Source: an uncultured bacterium (GTDB taxonomy: Bacteria; Cyanobacteriota; Vampirovibrionia; Gastranaerophilales; Gastranaerophilaceae). Taken from it: 64,000 bases of DNA. The position numbers were made by a program, and so were the translations under genes. This document shows, piece by piece, positions 51,086 to 61,071 of this stretch; within the stretch, counting starts at the first letter, position 1, and each line of letters begins with the position of its first letter. The notes beneath the pieces are model-generated. The model ran no database searches and was not told where the DNA came from. It saw nothing but the letters and a program-made list of their open reading frames with translations. Location: the NCBI GenBank assembly GCA_903868125.1, contig CAIPUE010000023.1, positions 19,977-83,976 on the forward strand, read 5' to 3'.

Positions 51086-52897
51086 ATGCACGAACAAAAA
51101 ACATCAATAAAAAATATAATACAGGCAATGGGATTGGTATTTGGAGATATCGGAACAAGCCCGATTTATACCTTTACCGTAATATTTTTGACTACAAAAG
51201 TAACGGCAACAAACGTTGTCGGAGTTTTGTCTTTAATCATCTGGACACTTTTGTTGATTGTAACCGCACAGTACACTTGGCTTGCAATGAGTTTAAGCAA
51301 AAGAGGCGAAGGTGGAACAATCGTACTCAATGAGATTTTAAGAAAACTTTTAAAAAATTCTCGTCCGATAGTTTTTTTCTCGTTTCTTACATATTTGGGG
51401 ATTTCACTTTTAATCGGCGATAGCGTTATAACCCCTTCGATAAGTATCTTGTCCGCGGTTGAAGGGTTGAGATTAATTCATCCTTTACATAATATTCCAC
51501 AAGCTTTGATTTTGGTGATTACGTTAGTAATTGCCATTTCTCTTTTTGCAATCCAAAAGAAAGGGATAGAAAAAATAACTAAGGTTTTTGGTGTAATTAT
51601 GCTTATATGGTTTTTGGCGTTAGGAACTTCGGGGCTTGCTTCAATTTGGCACCACCCGTTAGTTTTGGGAGCATTTAACCCTCTAAACGGTATCAAATTC
51701 GTTGTACACAACGGTTTGGGCGGGTTTTTTGTGTTATCTGAGGTGTTCCTATGTGCAACAGGTGCCGAAGCCCTTTATGCTGATATGGGGCATCTGGGCA
51801 GAAAGCCTATTACCGGTGCTTGGGGGTTTGTACTTTGCGTATTAATACTTAATTATTTAGGACAGGGTTCATTTTTAATCAGACATCCGGAAGAAACTAA
51901 TATTCTTTTTTCAATGGTTTTGTCTCAGGCTAAGATTTTATATATTCCGTTTTTATTGGTAAGTATTCTGGCAACAATTATAGCTTCTCAGGCGATGATT
52001 AGCGGGCTTTTTGCAGTTATTTATCAGGGGATAAACACAAGAATTTTACCTTTGTTTAAGGTATCCTACACTTCCGAAAAAATTAATTCTCAGATTTATA
52101 TTGCAACAGCAAATTGGTTTTTGTTGTTTTTCGTAGTTTTAGTTATCTTAATATTTAAAGAATCTTCTAAACTTGCGTCTGCCTACGGGTTGGCGGTTAG
52201 CGGGACTTTTACGATTACAGCGGTTATGATGGGAACGATTTTCTTTTTAAGAAAAAGATACTTTCATCTGTTGATAACAATCGGGTTATTTTTCGTAGAC
52301 TTTTCTTACCTAATGGCTACCTGCACAAAAATCCCGACGGGTGCTTACTGGTCGATTATAATTGCATCAATACCTCTTTCGTTGATAATCTTGTACCTCA
52401 AAGGGCAGGAAGCTATGTATAAATCGATTGTATTGATGGATAAGGATACATTTTTAGAGCAGTATAAAAAAACTTATTCAAGTGTTAATAAAATCGAAGG
52501 TAAAGCGTTGTTTTTTGCGAGAGGGATTGAAAAAGTTCCGCCTTATATTGTTCAAACTCTTTTTACTAATAATATTATTTATACAGAAAATATTTTTATA
52601 CAAATAAATAAAGCGAGTGAGGCGTTTGGCTTGCACTATGATTTGACTCAGGTGGCAGAAGGTTTGAACATACTGAAAATTGATGTGGGTTATATGGAAG
52701 TTTTTAGGCTGGAAAAAGTATTGAAAGCTTTGGATATAGAAGAAAAGGCTATCTTTTACGGGGTAGAAGATATTGAAACGAATAATTTCTTCTGGCATAT
52801 TTTCTCTATAATCAAAAAAGTTACCCCAACGTTTGTAAGTTTTTACAAGTTGCCGGTTCACAAAATCCATGGTGTAATTACGCAGATAACTTTATAA
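51086..52897 (+). CDS. kup: KUP/HAK/KT potassium uptake protein
   Basis: 603 aa. LVFGDIGTSPIY signature, about 12 TM helices plus a cytoplasmic C-terminal domain. Confidence 0.9.
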   Translation: MHEQKTSIKNIIQAMGLVFGDIGTSPIYTFTVIFLTTKVTATNVVGVLSLIIWTLLLIVTAQYTWLAMSLSKRGEGGTIVLNEILRKLLKNSRPIVFFSFLTYLGISLLIGDSVITPSISILSAVEGLRLIHPLHNIPQALILVITLVIAISLFAIQKKGIEKITKVFGVIMLIWFLALGTSGLASIWHHPLVLGAFNPLNGIKFVVHNGLGGFFVLSEVFLCATGAEALYADMGHLGRKPITGAWGFVLCVLILNYLGQGSFLIRHPEETNILFSMVLSQAKILYIPFLLVSILATIIASQAMISGLFAVIYQGINTRILPLFKVSYTSEKINSQIYIATANWFLLFFVVLVILIFKESSKLASAYGLAVSGTFTITAVMMGTIFFLRKRYFHLLITIGLFFVDFSYLMATCTKIPTGAYWSIIIASIPLSLIILYLKGQEAMYKSIVLMDKDTFLEQYKKTYSSVNKIEGKALFFARGIEKVPPYIVQTLFTNNIIYTENIFIQINKASEAFGLHYDLTQVAEGLNILKIDVGYMEVFRLEKVLKALDIEEKAIFYGVEDIETNNFFWHIFSIIKKVTPTFVSFYKLPVHKIHGVITQITL

Positions 52898-52900
52898 GAT

Positions 52901-53260
52901 TTATTTAGGTTTATAAACTCCGACAAATTGAATCTTATACCAAGGAATATCTATATTACCGTTTTCATTGCGAATTATAACGCCCCACATATCCTTTATT
53001 ATTATTTTGCCTGAGTATCTCGCAGTCGGTTCTTTTTTAAGCAGTTTCAATCTAATGTCAACATAATCGTTAAAAACAGGAGAGGCTTCTTCGCGAGTAA
53101 AAGTATATAAATTGCCATCTTTTTTGTATTCAACAAACCCGTCACACACTGTTTCAATTCTGCAAGGAATTATTGTTCCTTTTGCGTCTATTATTTCATC
53201 CGCAAAAACGAGAGATTGCAGCATAAATAAACAACAAACCGCTAAAATTATCTTTTTCAT
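52901..53260 (-). CDS. secreted hypothetical protein
   Basis: 119 aa with an N-terminal signal peptide (MKKIILAVCCLFMLQSLVFA). No recognised domain. Confidence 0.5.
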   Translation of the reverse strand: MKKIILAVCCLFMLQSLVFADEIIDAKGTIIPCRIETVCDGFVEYKKDGNLYTFTREEASPVFNDYVDIRLKLLKKEPTARYSGKIIIKDMWGVIIRNENGNIDIPWYKIQFVGVYKPK

Positions 53261-53303
53261 AAAGTATCCTTAATTAATTAACAGTGATATTGTACCTTAA
53301 ATT

Positions 53304-55604
53304 TTACAAAATATCTATAGGGTCAACATCAATCGTAAGCTTAATATCTTTTGGCATGGTAATTTGGTTTATAAATTTTGAGATGAACGCATGTCCTTTT
53401 TCTTCCAGCTTATTTTTAATAATAATTTGAAAACGATGCATGCCCTTAATTTTTTCAATGACGCAAGTCGATGGACCAAGCACGATTAGTCGTTCTGAAA
53501 TTCCCTGTTTATCTATAATTGTGTTCAGTCTCATTGTTATTTCCTGCGCGGATTTTTCTGCTCTAAAATTATTTTCTGAGCTTAAAATTATCCTAACAAC
53601 CTGACTGAAAGGCGGATAATCAAATTCTTCTCTCGATTGGATTTCTGTTTGATAAAAATCGCCGTAATTTTGTTGTTTCGCGCTTTCAAGCGCATAAAAA
53701 TCGGGGTTGTAAGTCTGAAAAATAACGCTGCCAGAAAATTCTCCTCTGCCCGAGCGTCCCGCAACTTGGGTTAAAAGTTGAAACCCTCTTTCTGACGCTC
53801 TAAAATCAGGCAAATTAAAACTGGCGTCCGCCGCAATTACCCCGACAAGTGTAACATTAGGGTTATCAAGCCCTTTTGCAATCATCTGGGTTCCAATTAG
53901 AATATCAATTTCACCCTGCTGAAATTTGTCTAAAAGGTCAATGTGAGCATTCTTTTTGGTCAAAATATCGCTGTCAATTCTTTCAATCTTTACATCTTTG
54001 AACAATTCTTTTATCAAAATTTCGATTTTTTGTGTACCTGCACCCGAATTTCTTAACGCATCACTTCCGCATTTTAAACAAGTTTCGGGAAACGATTTTG
54101 TTCTGTTGCAATAGTGGCATTTCAAAGTTGCACTTTCACTGTGCCAAATCATAGGGATAGAGCAGTCTTCACATTCGATTACATCGCCACATGCCTGACA
54201 TTGAGTGTATGTCGAAAATCCCCTGCGATTTATCAGCAAAATCACCTGCTGACCTTTTTCCAATGTTTCTTCAATAGCTTTTTGCAGTTGAACAGAAATT
54301 ATCCCGCGATAAGCCTGTTTTGAGTTATTTTGCATATTTATTACTGAAGTTTTTGCCACAGGAACATTATTAAATCTGTTTGGAAGTTCAAACAAATTTT
54401 TTGAATTAACAGCTCGGTAATAAGTTGCGACATCAGGAGTTGCACTTCCTAAAAGAAGCGGACAATTGTGGAATTGAGCCAATTTTTGCGCAACGGTTCT
54501 TGCATCGTATCTTGGGTTCGGATTGGTCTGCTTGTAGGCGTTTTCGTGTTCTTCATCAATGATTATAAGTCCGATATTTTTTAACGGTGCAAACACTGCA
54601 GAGCGGGCTCCTGCAAGAATTTTTATCTCATCTTTGTATAATTTTTGCCAAACATCATATCTTTCGCCCTCTGAAATACTGCTGTGCCAAATTGCAACGT
54701 CTTTTGTGCCGAATTTCTTTGCCAAACGTTTTGTAAGCTGGGATGCCAAAGCGATTTCAGGTGCCAAAAATAAAATATTTTTACCCGACTTAATTGTGTC
54801 ATCAATCAGCTTAAAATAGACTTCGGTCTTACCCGACGCGGTTACACCGTGTAAGAGTGAGGGGTGAGAGGTGAGAGGTGAGGAGTTTTGCGGGTCTTGT
54901 TCATCTTTTTCCTTTTTCCTTTTTACTTTTTCCCTTATTTCCAAATAAATTTTTTCTTGATCGCCGGAAAGCTCGTACAAATCTTCCTTTTCAATTATAT
55001 GTAAGTTTTCAAGCGGGTTTCTGTAAATTTCTTCGTCTAAAACCCTTACACAACCTAACGCTTCAAGCTTATTAATCGTCGCTCGCGTTGTCTTTGCCTG
55101 TTTCTCAAACTCGATTAGGGGCATCTTACCCTGTTTTTGGAGAATTTCGAGGATTTCAAGCTGACGTTTCTTTGCGCCCTCAAAAGACAAAAATTCCACC
55201 GATTTTTCGGTTTTTGCGTTTTTATCAATTAATTTTAAAGGAATTGCCATGTTTAAAACTGTCACAAAATCTGAACAATAGTAATTCGCCACCCATTCGA
55301 GCAATTTCAAATATTCAAGTGTAAAAAGCGGAGTTTCGTCTAAGATTTTATTTATTTTTTTCGCTTTGATTTCAGCCGCCAAATAATTAGAAAACCCTAC
55401 CACAAAAGCATTAATCAGCCCTTGTCTTCCGAATGGGACTGAAATTGCCTGACCTATTTGGATTTTCGCTTTCATTTCATCAGGGATTATGTAGCTGAAA
55501 GTTTTTACGCCAAGCCCTTTTATGTTAACAAGAGCAAGGGCGTATTTATTCAACACGCCCGAAGTCTGTTCTATTTGCTGATTTTCGTTAAGCTTCTTGC
55601 TCAT
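53304..55604 (-). CDS. priA: primosomal protein N' (replication restart helicase PriA)
   Basis: Walker A GVTASGKTEVY, DEEH box, Cys-rich insertion (CQACGDVIECEDC..CHYCN..CLKCGS). The start is taken as ATG 55604; the TTG at 55607 is the alternative. Confidence 0.9.
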   Translation of the reverse strand: MSKKLNENQQIEQTSGVLNKYALALVNIKGLGVKTFSYIIPDEMKAKIQIGQAISVPFGRQGLINAFVVGFSNYLAAEIKAKKINKILDETPLFTLEYLKLLEWVANYYCSDFVTVLNMAIPLKLIDKNAKTEKSVEFLSFEGAKKRQLEILEILQKQGKMPLIEFEKQAKTTRATINKLEALGCVRVLDEEIYRNPLENLHIIEKEDLYELSGDQEKIYLEIREKVKRKKEKDEQDPQNSSPLTSHPSLLHGVTASGKTEVYFKLIDDTIKSGKNILFLAPEIALASQLTKRLAKKFGTKDVAIWHSSISEGERYDVWQKLYKDEIKILAGARSAVFAPLKNIGLIIIDEEHENAYKQTNPNPRYDARTVAQKLAQFHNCPLLLGSATPDVATYYRAVNSKNLFELPNRFNNVPVAKTSVINMQNNSKQAYRGIISVQLQKAIEETLEKGQQVILLINRRGFSTYTQCQACGDVIECEDCSIPMIWHSESATLKCHYCNRTKSFPETCLKCGSDALRNSGAGTQKIEILIKELFKDVKIERIDSDILTKKNAHIDLLDKFQQGEIDILIGTQMIAKGLDNPNVTLVGVIAADASFNLPDFRASERGFQLLTQVAGRSGRGEFSGSVIFQTYNPDFYALESAKQQNYGDFYQTEIQSREEFDYPPFSQVVRIILSSENNFRAEKSAQEITMRLNTIIDKQGISERLIVLGPSTCVIEKIKGMHRFQIIIKNKLEEKGHAFISKFINQITMPKDIKLTIDVDPIDIL
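54851..54884 (+). repeat. GGTGAGR heptamer array inside priA (translated on the minus strand as SSPLTSHPSLL)
   Basis: GTAAGAGTGAGGGGTGAGAGGTGAGAGGTGAGGA. Confidence 0.9.
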
Positions 55605-55836
55605 CAACGCTCATAAATTCTTTCATTGCTTCTTCTACCGCATCTTTAAGGATTTCGATATTTTCCGGCGCACAGGTTACTCCTTTTTTCGTCGGAAGCC
55701 ATGTTGCACCGTCATCTGTCGTGTAAAAAATTCTCAAATCGAGGTAACTTTTTCCCTTATATTCGTTAATCGAAATTTGCAATTGTTCAGTCGCACTTCT
55801 TGGGATTGTAGCTATCATTTTTGGTTCTTGTGCCAT
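55588..55836 (-). CDS. PC4/YdbC-family ssDNA-binding-like protein
   Basis: 82 aa. ...EQLQISINEYKGKSYLDLRIFYTTDDG.WLPTKKGVT fits the bacterial PC4 (p15)-like fold family. It overlaps priA by 17 nt. Confidence 0.6.
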   Translation of the reverse strand: MAQEPKMIATIPRSATEQLQISINEYKGKSYLDLRIFYTTDDGATWLPTKKGVTCAPENIEILKDAVEEAMKEFMSVDEQEA

Positions 55837-55906
55837 TGTTTTCTCTCCTGTTTATTTTAAATACAAAAAAATTATAGCACAAAAAGAAGACCACTTCGAG
55901 CTCTGT

Positions 55907-58417
55907 TTAATTTCCTACCAGCATTTTATCTAACATTGCTCTGTAAAACTCTGTGTTAATGTTTAGTTTTTGTCCTATATCCAAGAGAATTAATACAAAT
56001 TTTTTGTCCGAAGAATTATTCGCTTCAGATTGTTTAGATTGTTTCATATTTTCAATAATATCTCCAAGTTCATGGAATATTTTTGTAAAATAAATATTTT
56101 GTGCCTCGGCAATGTCAATATGTAACTCCAATTTTTCGATGTTATCAAAAAGTTCTAATGTTGCCTCCGCTTGTTGAATTTCCAAACTCTGCGCAAGTCG
56201 TAAAATGTTTTGAGAAATTTTTTGGCTAAATGTTTTATTAGTCGGTGTTTTATCAATTTCTATCCCAATTTTTTTGGTCTCAAAATTTATATCCATAGCC
56301 TGTTGAAGAATATTACTATCCAAAAACCCTTTTGAATTAATGATTAAATCATTAAACTGTTTGCTCAAAGTATATCCCGCCGAGATTTTAAATTCGTCAG
56401 GGATGCTAAGCCCCAAGCTTTGCATATGATAAATTGAACTTTTGCCCTCAGTGTACATTTCCTGATACATTTGAGCAAATTTATTCATTTTTCCTTGAAG
56501 CATAACTTGAAGAATTTTTCTTCTTTCTTCGATAAAAATATCTTTAAGCGTAAAATACTCACGCCCGAAATATTCGTCCAACGCCCTGATAATCTCTGTT
56601 AAAGGATTCAGCATAAAGACTCTGAACAGTTCTTTTTGAATGTTTACATATTCGCCGTCATCACTGAATTCTTTTATTGCACAGTGGAAATCTCCGCCAG
56701 AATATTGAACCAGAGCAAACATAACATTGGATTTTTGTAACGTAATTTGAGATTGGATTTCTATGTGTCCCACAACAAATTTTGCCGTTCCTTTTTGAAC
56801 TTTTTTATAAGAATGTTTTTTAATTTTGTAACAGTAAACATCCTCTTCATCTTCAAGATCTTTATAAAGTGACGATATTGCCCATAAACTCGCCATCTGT
56901 TTGATGGTAACAATTGAGGGCTTGACGAATTTTACAAAAATATCTTTTCCTGTCCCAAATTCAGGGAAATTACTTTTTGCTTCAGATAAAAGTTCCAAAA
57001 AATGTTTTTCCAAATCTTTTTTGCTGAAAATTTGCGCTAACTGCATTGCACGTGCTGCGTATTTTAAAATTTGAGTGGTTTCAATTCCAGAAATTTCGGA
57101 GAAAAACCATCCGCAACTTGTGTACATTAACATCGCCTGACGCTGAATTTCAAGCAGTTCCATTGCTTTAACTTTTTGTTCTTCGGATAAATGAGCGACA
57201 AAATTTTCTTTCTGAAAATTTTTAATCGTCAATTCGTTTCTGTCCAAGATTACGTCAATATAATTATTTCTGGCTTTCCAAGGATTTTTCAAATAAGTTT
57301 TACCTTCTTTTTCAAAGATTATAACCAATTCGTCTCTCAAGTAATCAAGGGCTTCTCTAAGCGGTTTACGCCATTTTTGGTTCCATCCCGGATGCCCGCC
57401 TGTTGAGCACCCGCAGTCTTCTTTCCATCTGCCTACCCCATGGAAACAACTCCAAGAAGATGACTGTTTTATGTCGACTTCCGTCTGACTTGGATGTTTG
57501 TCTAAATATTGAGCATAATTAACGAGTGTAAAGCCTTCTTCTTTTGCACGAACTCTCAGAACGTAAGAAAGAGCCATGTCTCCGAATTTGGTATGATGAC
57601 CGTAGCTTTCGCCGTCTGTTGCAATATTTATAAGTTGTGTATAATTTCTGTTGTCAGAAATCCCTTCTTTTAATCTTCGGATAAATTTGTTTCCGTCTTT
57701 TAAAATTTCGTCAAATGCAACGGATTTTGAAATCGCGCCGTCATAAAAAAATAAATCTATATATTTTTCCGGCGCAGATTTGATATAATACCGATAAGCT
57801 CTTGCAGGGTCGATATTCCCCCAACTCACGTCAGTCCACTCTTTATCGCCGATTTTTCTGAATTTTAAAGCCTGATAAGGCGATAAAATTGTGTATTTAA
57901 TGCCGTTTTCAACCAGAATTTCAAGCGTTTCATCATCCACAGCGGTTTCAGCAAGCCACATCCCCTCGGGTTGTCGTCCAAACCTCGTTTCAAAATCTCT
58001 TATTCCCCATATAACCTGCGTTTGTTTATCTTTTTTGTTAGCCAAAGGCATTATCATGTGGTTATAAACTTGCGCTATCGCGTTTCCATGCCCGTCATGT
58101 TCTTGAACGCTTTCGATATCTGCTTTTATAATCCGCTCATATGCTAAAGGGGCGTATTCTTCCATCCATGAAAGCAAAGTAGGTCCAAAATTAAAACTCA
58201 TAGAAGTATAATTGTTCACCACTTCCAAAATTTTATTTCGGTTGTCAACGATTTTTGAAACAGAATTGGGATTATAACATTCCCCGTTTATTCTTTCATT
58301 CCAATCGTGAAAAGGCGAAGCACTATCTTGTAATTCAATAGATTCAAGCCATGGGTTTTCTCTGGGCGGTTGGTAAAAATGCCCGTGTATTGTTAAAAAA
58401 ACTTCTTTTTGACTCAT
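55907..58417 (-). CDS. glycoside hydrolase family 57 protein with DUF3536-like C-terminal region
   Basis: 836 aa. The N-terminal HGHFYQPPRENPW is a GH57 hallmark. Long helical C-terminal extension. Confidence 0.8.
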   Translation of the reverse strand: MSQKEVFLTIHGHFYQPPRENPWLESIELQDSASPFHDWNERINGECYNPNSVSKIVDNRNKILEVVNNYTSMSFNFGPTLLSWMEEYAPLAYERIIKADIESVQEHDGHGNAIAQVYNHMIMPLANKKDKQTQVIWGIRDFETRFGRQPEGMWLAETAVDDETLEILVENGIKYTILSPYQALKFRKIGDKEWTDVSWGNIDPARAYRYYIKSAPEKYIDLFFYDGAISKSVAFDEILKDGNKFIRRLKEGISDNRNYTQLINIATDGESYGHHTKFGDMALSYVLRVRAKEEGFTLVNYAQYLDKHPSQTEVDIKQSSSWSCFHGVGRWKEDCGCSTGGHPGWNQKWRKPLREALDYLRDELVIIFEKEGKTYLKNPWKARNNYIDVILDRNELTIKNFQKENFVAHLSEEQKVKAMELLEIQRQAMLMYTSCGWFFSEISGIETTQILKYAARAMQLAQIFSKKDLEKHFLELLSEAKSNFPEFGTGKDIFVKFVKPSIVTIKQMASLWAISSLYKDLEDEEDVYCYKIKKHSYKKVQKGTAKFVVGHIEIQSQITLQKSNVMFALVQYSGGDFHCAIKEFSDDGEYVNIQKELFRVFMLNPLTEIIRALDEYFGREYFTLKDIFIEERRKILQVMLQGKMNKFAQMYQEMYTEGKSSIYHMQSLGLSIPDEFKISAGYTLSKQFNDLIINSKGFLDSNILQQAMDINFETKKIGIEIDKTPTNKTFSQKISQNILRLAQSLEIQQAEATLELFDNIEKLELHIDIAEAQNIYFTKIFHELGDIIENMKQSKQSEANNSSDKKFVLILLDIGQKLNINTEFYRAMLDKMLVGN

Positions 58418-58478
58418 TCCTAAACTCCAAAAACTTAGCGCTCATCATTATTTTACACTATAGTTTTAAAAATTACCT

Positions 58479-59003
58479 CTATTTTTTGGGTGAATTTTCT
58501 TCTTTTGGTTGTTGATTTAGTACAGTGAATTTCTCTACACTAATCCAAGCATCGCCAAGCGCATCAGAAAAAACGATCCCGCTGTATTCGATTTCATCAC
58601 CTGTTTTTAAATCAATATATTTTTCGGCTACGTCCCTTTCAAGAAAATTTTTCATTTCGGAGAGAGGAACCGTATGATTTATAACATCGTCTCTTTTAAT
58701 CAAAAAAGTAATATATTTATCGGAACTTCTGTAAGCAGGCTTGTAATCCAATCCTAAGGTAGAAAATTTATCGAATTTTGCTCTGATTGTAACACGTTTA
58801 TTCAAGTATTTTGTCGGATGTAGAACTATATCAAGCGAATTTGCCGGTTGATAAACTTTTTCAGGTGCGCTCACGGCTGTTTTTTGAATAGCAGCAGGTG
58901 TTTTCAGCGGAGTTTTTACCACCGCATTTGTGCTTAATCCAAAACTTACGGAGATTGTGATTAACAGTAACGCTAATTTCATTTTATTCTTAATATTGTT
59001 CAT
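58479..59003 (-). CDS. secreted hypothetical protein
   Basis: 174 aa with a signal peptide (LALLLITISVSFGLSTNA). No recognised domain. Confidence 0.5.
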   Translation of the reverse strand: MNNIKNKMKLALLLITISVSFGLSTNAVVKTPLKTPAAIQKTAVSAPEKVYQPANSLDIVLHPTKYLNKRVTIRAKFDKFSTLGLDYKPAYRSSDKYITFLIKRDDVINHTVPLSEMKNFLERDVAEKYIDLKTGDEIEYSGIVFSDALGDAWISVEKFTVLNQQPKEENSPKK

Positions 59004-59104
59004 ATTTGCCTCTTTTCTTTTTCTTTAGTTTATATTGTAGCACAAGAAAACCAAAAAGTTATTGTCAAGCTTTCTAGTCTTTTGGGCCAAATAAAAAAGC
59101 CACT

Positions 59105-60745
59105 CTAAAATCTTGAATTAAAGAAATTAGTTAAAATAATCGGGATAAATTTCGCTGGAAGCGCGCTAAAATCAAATACGAATTCATTTATTCCGATTTT
59201 TATCAGGTTGTCCACTTCGTCAAATCTCTCGAGGATTTTATCTTCAAACATGTGCATTCTGCAAAACCCGTCGACGGTAAACGGGAAAATTTTCTTTAAC
59301 GAAGGGTCTTTTAGGGCATATTCACCCTTGTGACATGGAGCTTTGCAGGATAATCTTGAGATAATGGCAGAATCGTTGTTTAATGGGCAAAGCCCGAGGC
59401 TTGGCACTCTTACGCTCCCTGCAATTGTATATTTTTTAGTTTCTATAGTATTTTTTATCTTTTTAATCGTTTCTTCCACATTGCGAAATGTCGTAAAATC
59501 AACAGTGTTAATAGGGTGAAGATTATTGAGACAATTAATCGACATACTGTTTAAAAGATTTATCCCTTGACCGAGTTCAATTGGTATTTTACTGAGTTCG
59601 GGGTCATTTATTACCGCCCAAAAATAACCGATATTGTTTATAATCAAAGAATTTGGTACAGGTTCTTCTAAGCAAAGATTTTTTACGTATTCGTAAACCC
59701 TGTCAAAATCCCTTTCAATAAGAATTCTTGGGGTTGAAAGTTGGAGTTTGATGTTTTGGTCGTAACAAAACTTTTTAACATCTTTAATTATTTCATTAAA
59801 ACTGCTTTTTGCTAAATCTACAGTAGAGAGAATTTCCCCGTATTCTATTGAATTTATAGGGTTAAATCCGAGTTTTTGGATAAATTTCTTAATCGGCTTG
59901 AATTGCTCTAGGCTTGAAAGTCTTAGATTTAGTTTAAAATTTTCTTCTTTTTTATAGTCTATATCTTTTTTAAATCGAGTTTTTTTAATCTCCCAATCGA
60001 ATTTTTGAATATTTCTGCTGAATTTAAAATCTTTTCCCTGAGCGCTGAGCATCTCGCCTGAAAAATGGTTTGTTTTGTAAACACTTTTTCTTAGATGCTT
60101 AAATGGAAGTTTTTGATTTTTGAACATTTTAGGTTTTTCGAGGATTTTTTCTACAAGTTGAATTCCTTCCAAAATTTCCTCGGAAGAATTAAATTTACCT
60201 TTGATAACGACACTGTCAATCGCTTTGAGTTTTTTAATCTCCTCCGCACACCAAGGAAGATTGTCGGAATCGATTGCAAGTGGCAGATTTGTGTATTTTT
60301 TGATTTTGGCAATGTTTTTCAGATAAACTTCTTCGGTTATAATTACTTCATCCACCTTGTGAAAAGTGTTTACAAAATCAATCCCCGAAAGGTTATGGAT
60401 GTCAAAATATGAGTCGATTATTATTCGAAAAGGAAGCGAGAAAATTTTTATTGCCTCTAAAATAGCAAAATTATTTATAAAAATACCGTCTATTTTTGTG
60501 GTTTTAAGAAATTTTATCATTTTTTTTATTTCAGTTAAATCCTCTTCTGAAATATCATGTTTAAAGTTTATATAAATCTTAGAATTATTTTGGTGTGCAG
60601 CTTGAATAAAATCATTTATATAGTTGAAATTGTTGTTTAAAAATTTGTTATAATAGACGTAGAAATCCCGACATTTTGTAAATGGGAGAAAGGATTCAAT
60701 ATCCTCAGGTTTTTTTATTGGTGCAACTATTAAAATATCTTTCAT
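59105..60745 (-). CDS. hypothetical protein, possibly a divergent peptidase-U32-family-like TIM barrel
   Basis: 546 aa. The N-terminal pattern (ILIVAPIKKPEDIESF..KIYINF..IDGIFINNFAILE..RIIIDSYF) is reminiscent of the U32 family. C-terminal Cys cluster. No canonical U32 signature seen. Confidence 0.3.
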   Translation of the reverse strand: MKDILIVAPIKKPEDIESFLPFTKCRDFYVYYNKFLNNNFNYINDFIQAAHQNNSKIYINFKHDISEEDLTEIKKMIKFLKTTKIDGIFINNFAILEAIKIFSLPFRIIIDSYFDIHNLSGIDFVNTFHKVDEVIITEEVYLKNIAKIKKYTNLPLAIDSDNLPWCAEEIKKLKAIDSVVIKGKFNSSEEILEGIQLVEKILEKPKMFKNQKLPFKHLRKSVYKTNHFSGEMLSAQGKDFKFSRNIQKFDWEIKKTRFKKDIDYKKEENFKLNLRLSSLEQFKPIKKFIQKLGFNPINSIEYGEILSTVDLAKSSFNEIIKDVKKFCYDQNIKLQLSTPRILIERDFDRVYEYVKNLCLEEPVPNSLIINNIGYFWAVINDPELSKIPIELGQGINLLNSMSINCLNNLHPINTVDFTTFRNVEETIKKIKNTIETKKYTIAGSVRVPSLGLCPLNNDSAIISRLSCKAPCHKGEYALKDPSLKKIFPFTVDGFCRMHMFEDKILERFDEVDNLIKIGINEFVFDFSALPAKFIPIILTNFFNSRF

Positions 60746-61071
60746 GAAGAATATTGTACAATTTTTTCTTAAAAAAAGAAATGTTTTGTTAACAAAAGTA
60801 ATGCCTTTTGCACAAACATATTAAAAATGTTAAAATGCCAATGAGGTTAGGTTCGTTTATTGTTGACTTAAATTTGAATAAAATACATCAAATAAAGGAT
60901 ACTTTATATAAAGGTCAATTATACAATTAAGCAAAAGAGTTTTCTTCTGGGGGGATATGGAGATGGTTGAAAAACCAGAAAACAACGAAGAAAAGCAACC
61001 GGAGGAAAAGAAAAAGCAAAAGTTTATTTTTGCTCAAAATAAGAAAAAAACTTGAAATTAGGATATAAAGA

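Noticed and set aside
60957-61055. 32-codon ORF MEMVEKPENNEEKQPEEKKKQKFIFAQNKKKT upstream of the PilP-like gene, whose end resembles KKGKLGFAKNKKQ at the start of that gene.
   Set aside because: It is very short and of low complexity (K/E-rich). The resemblance is weak, and I cannot separate a real leader peptide or frameshifted start from chance without expression data.
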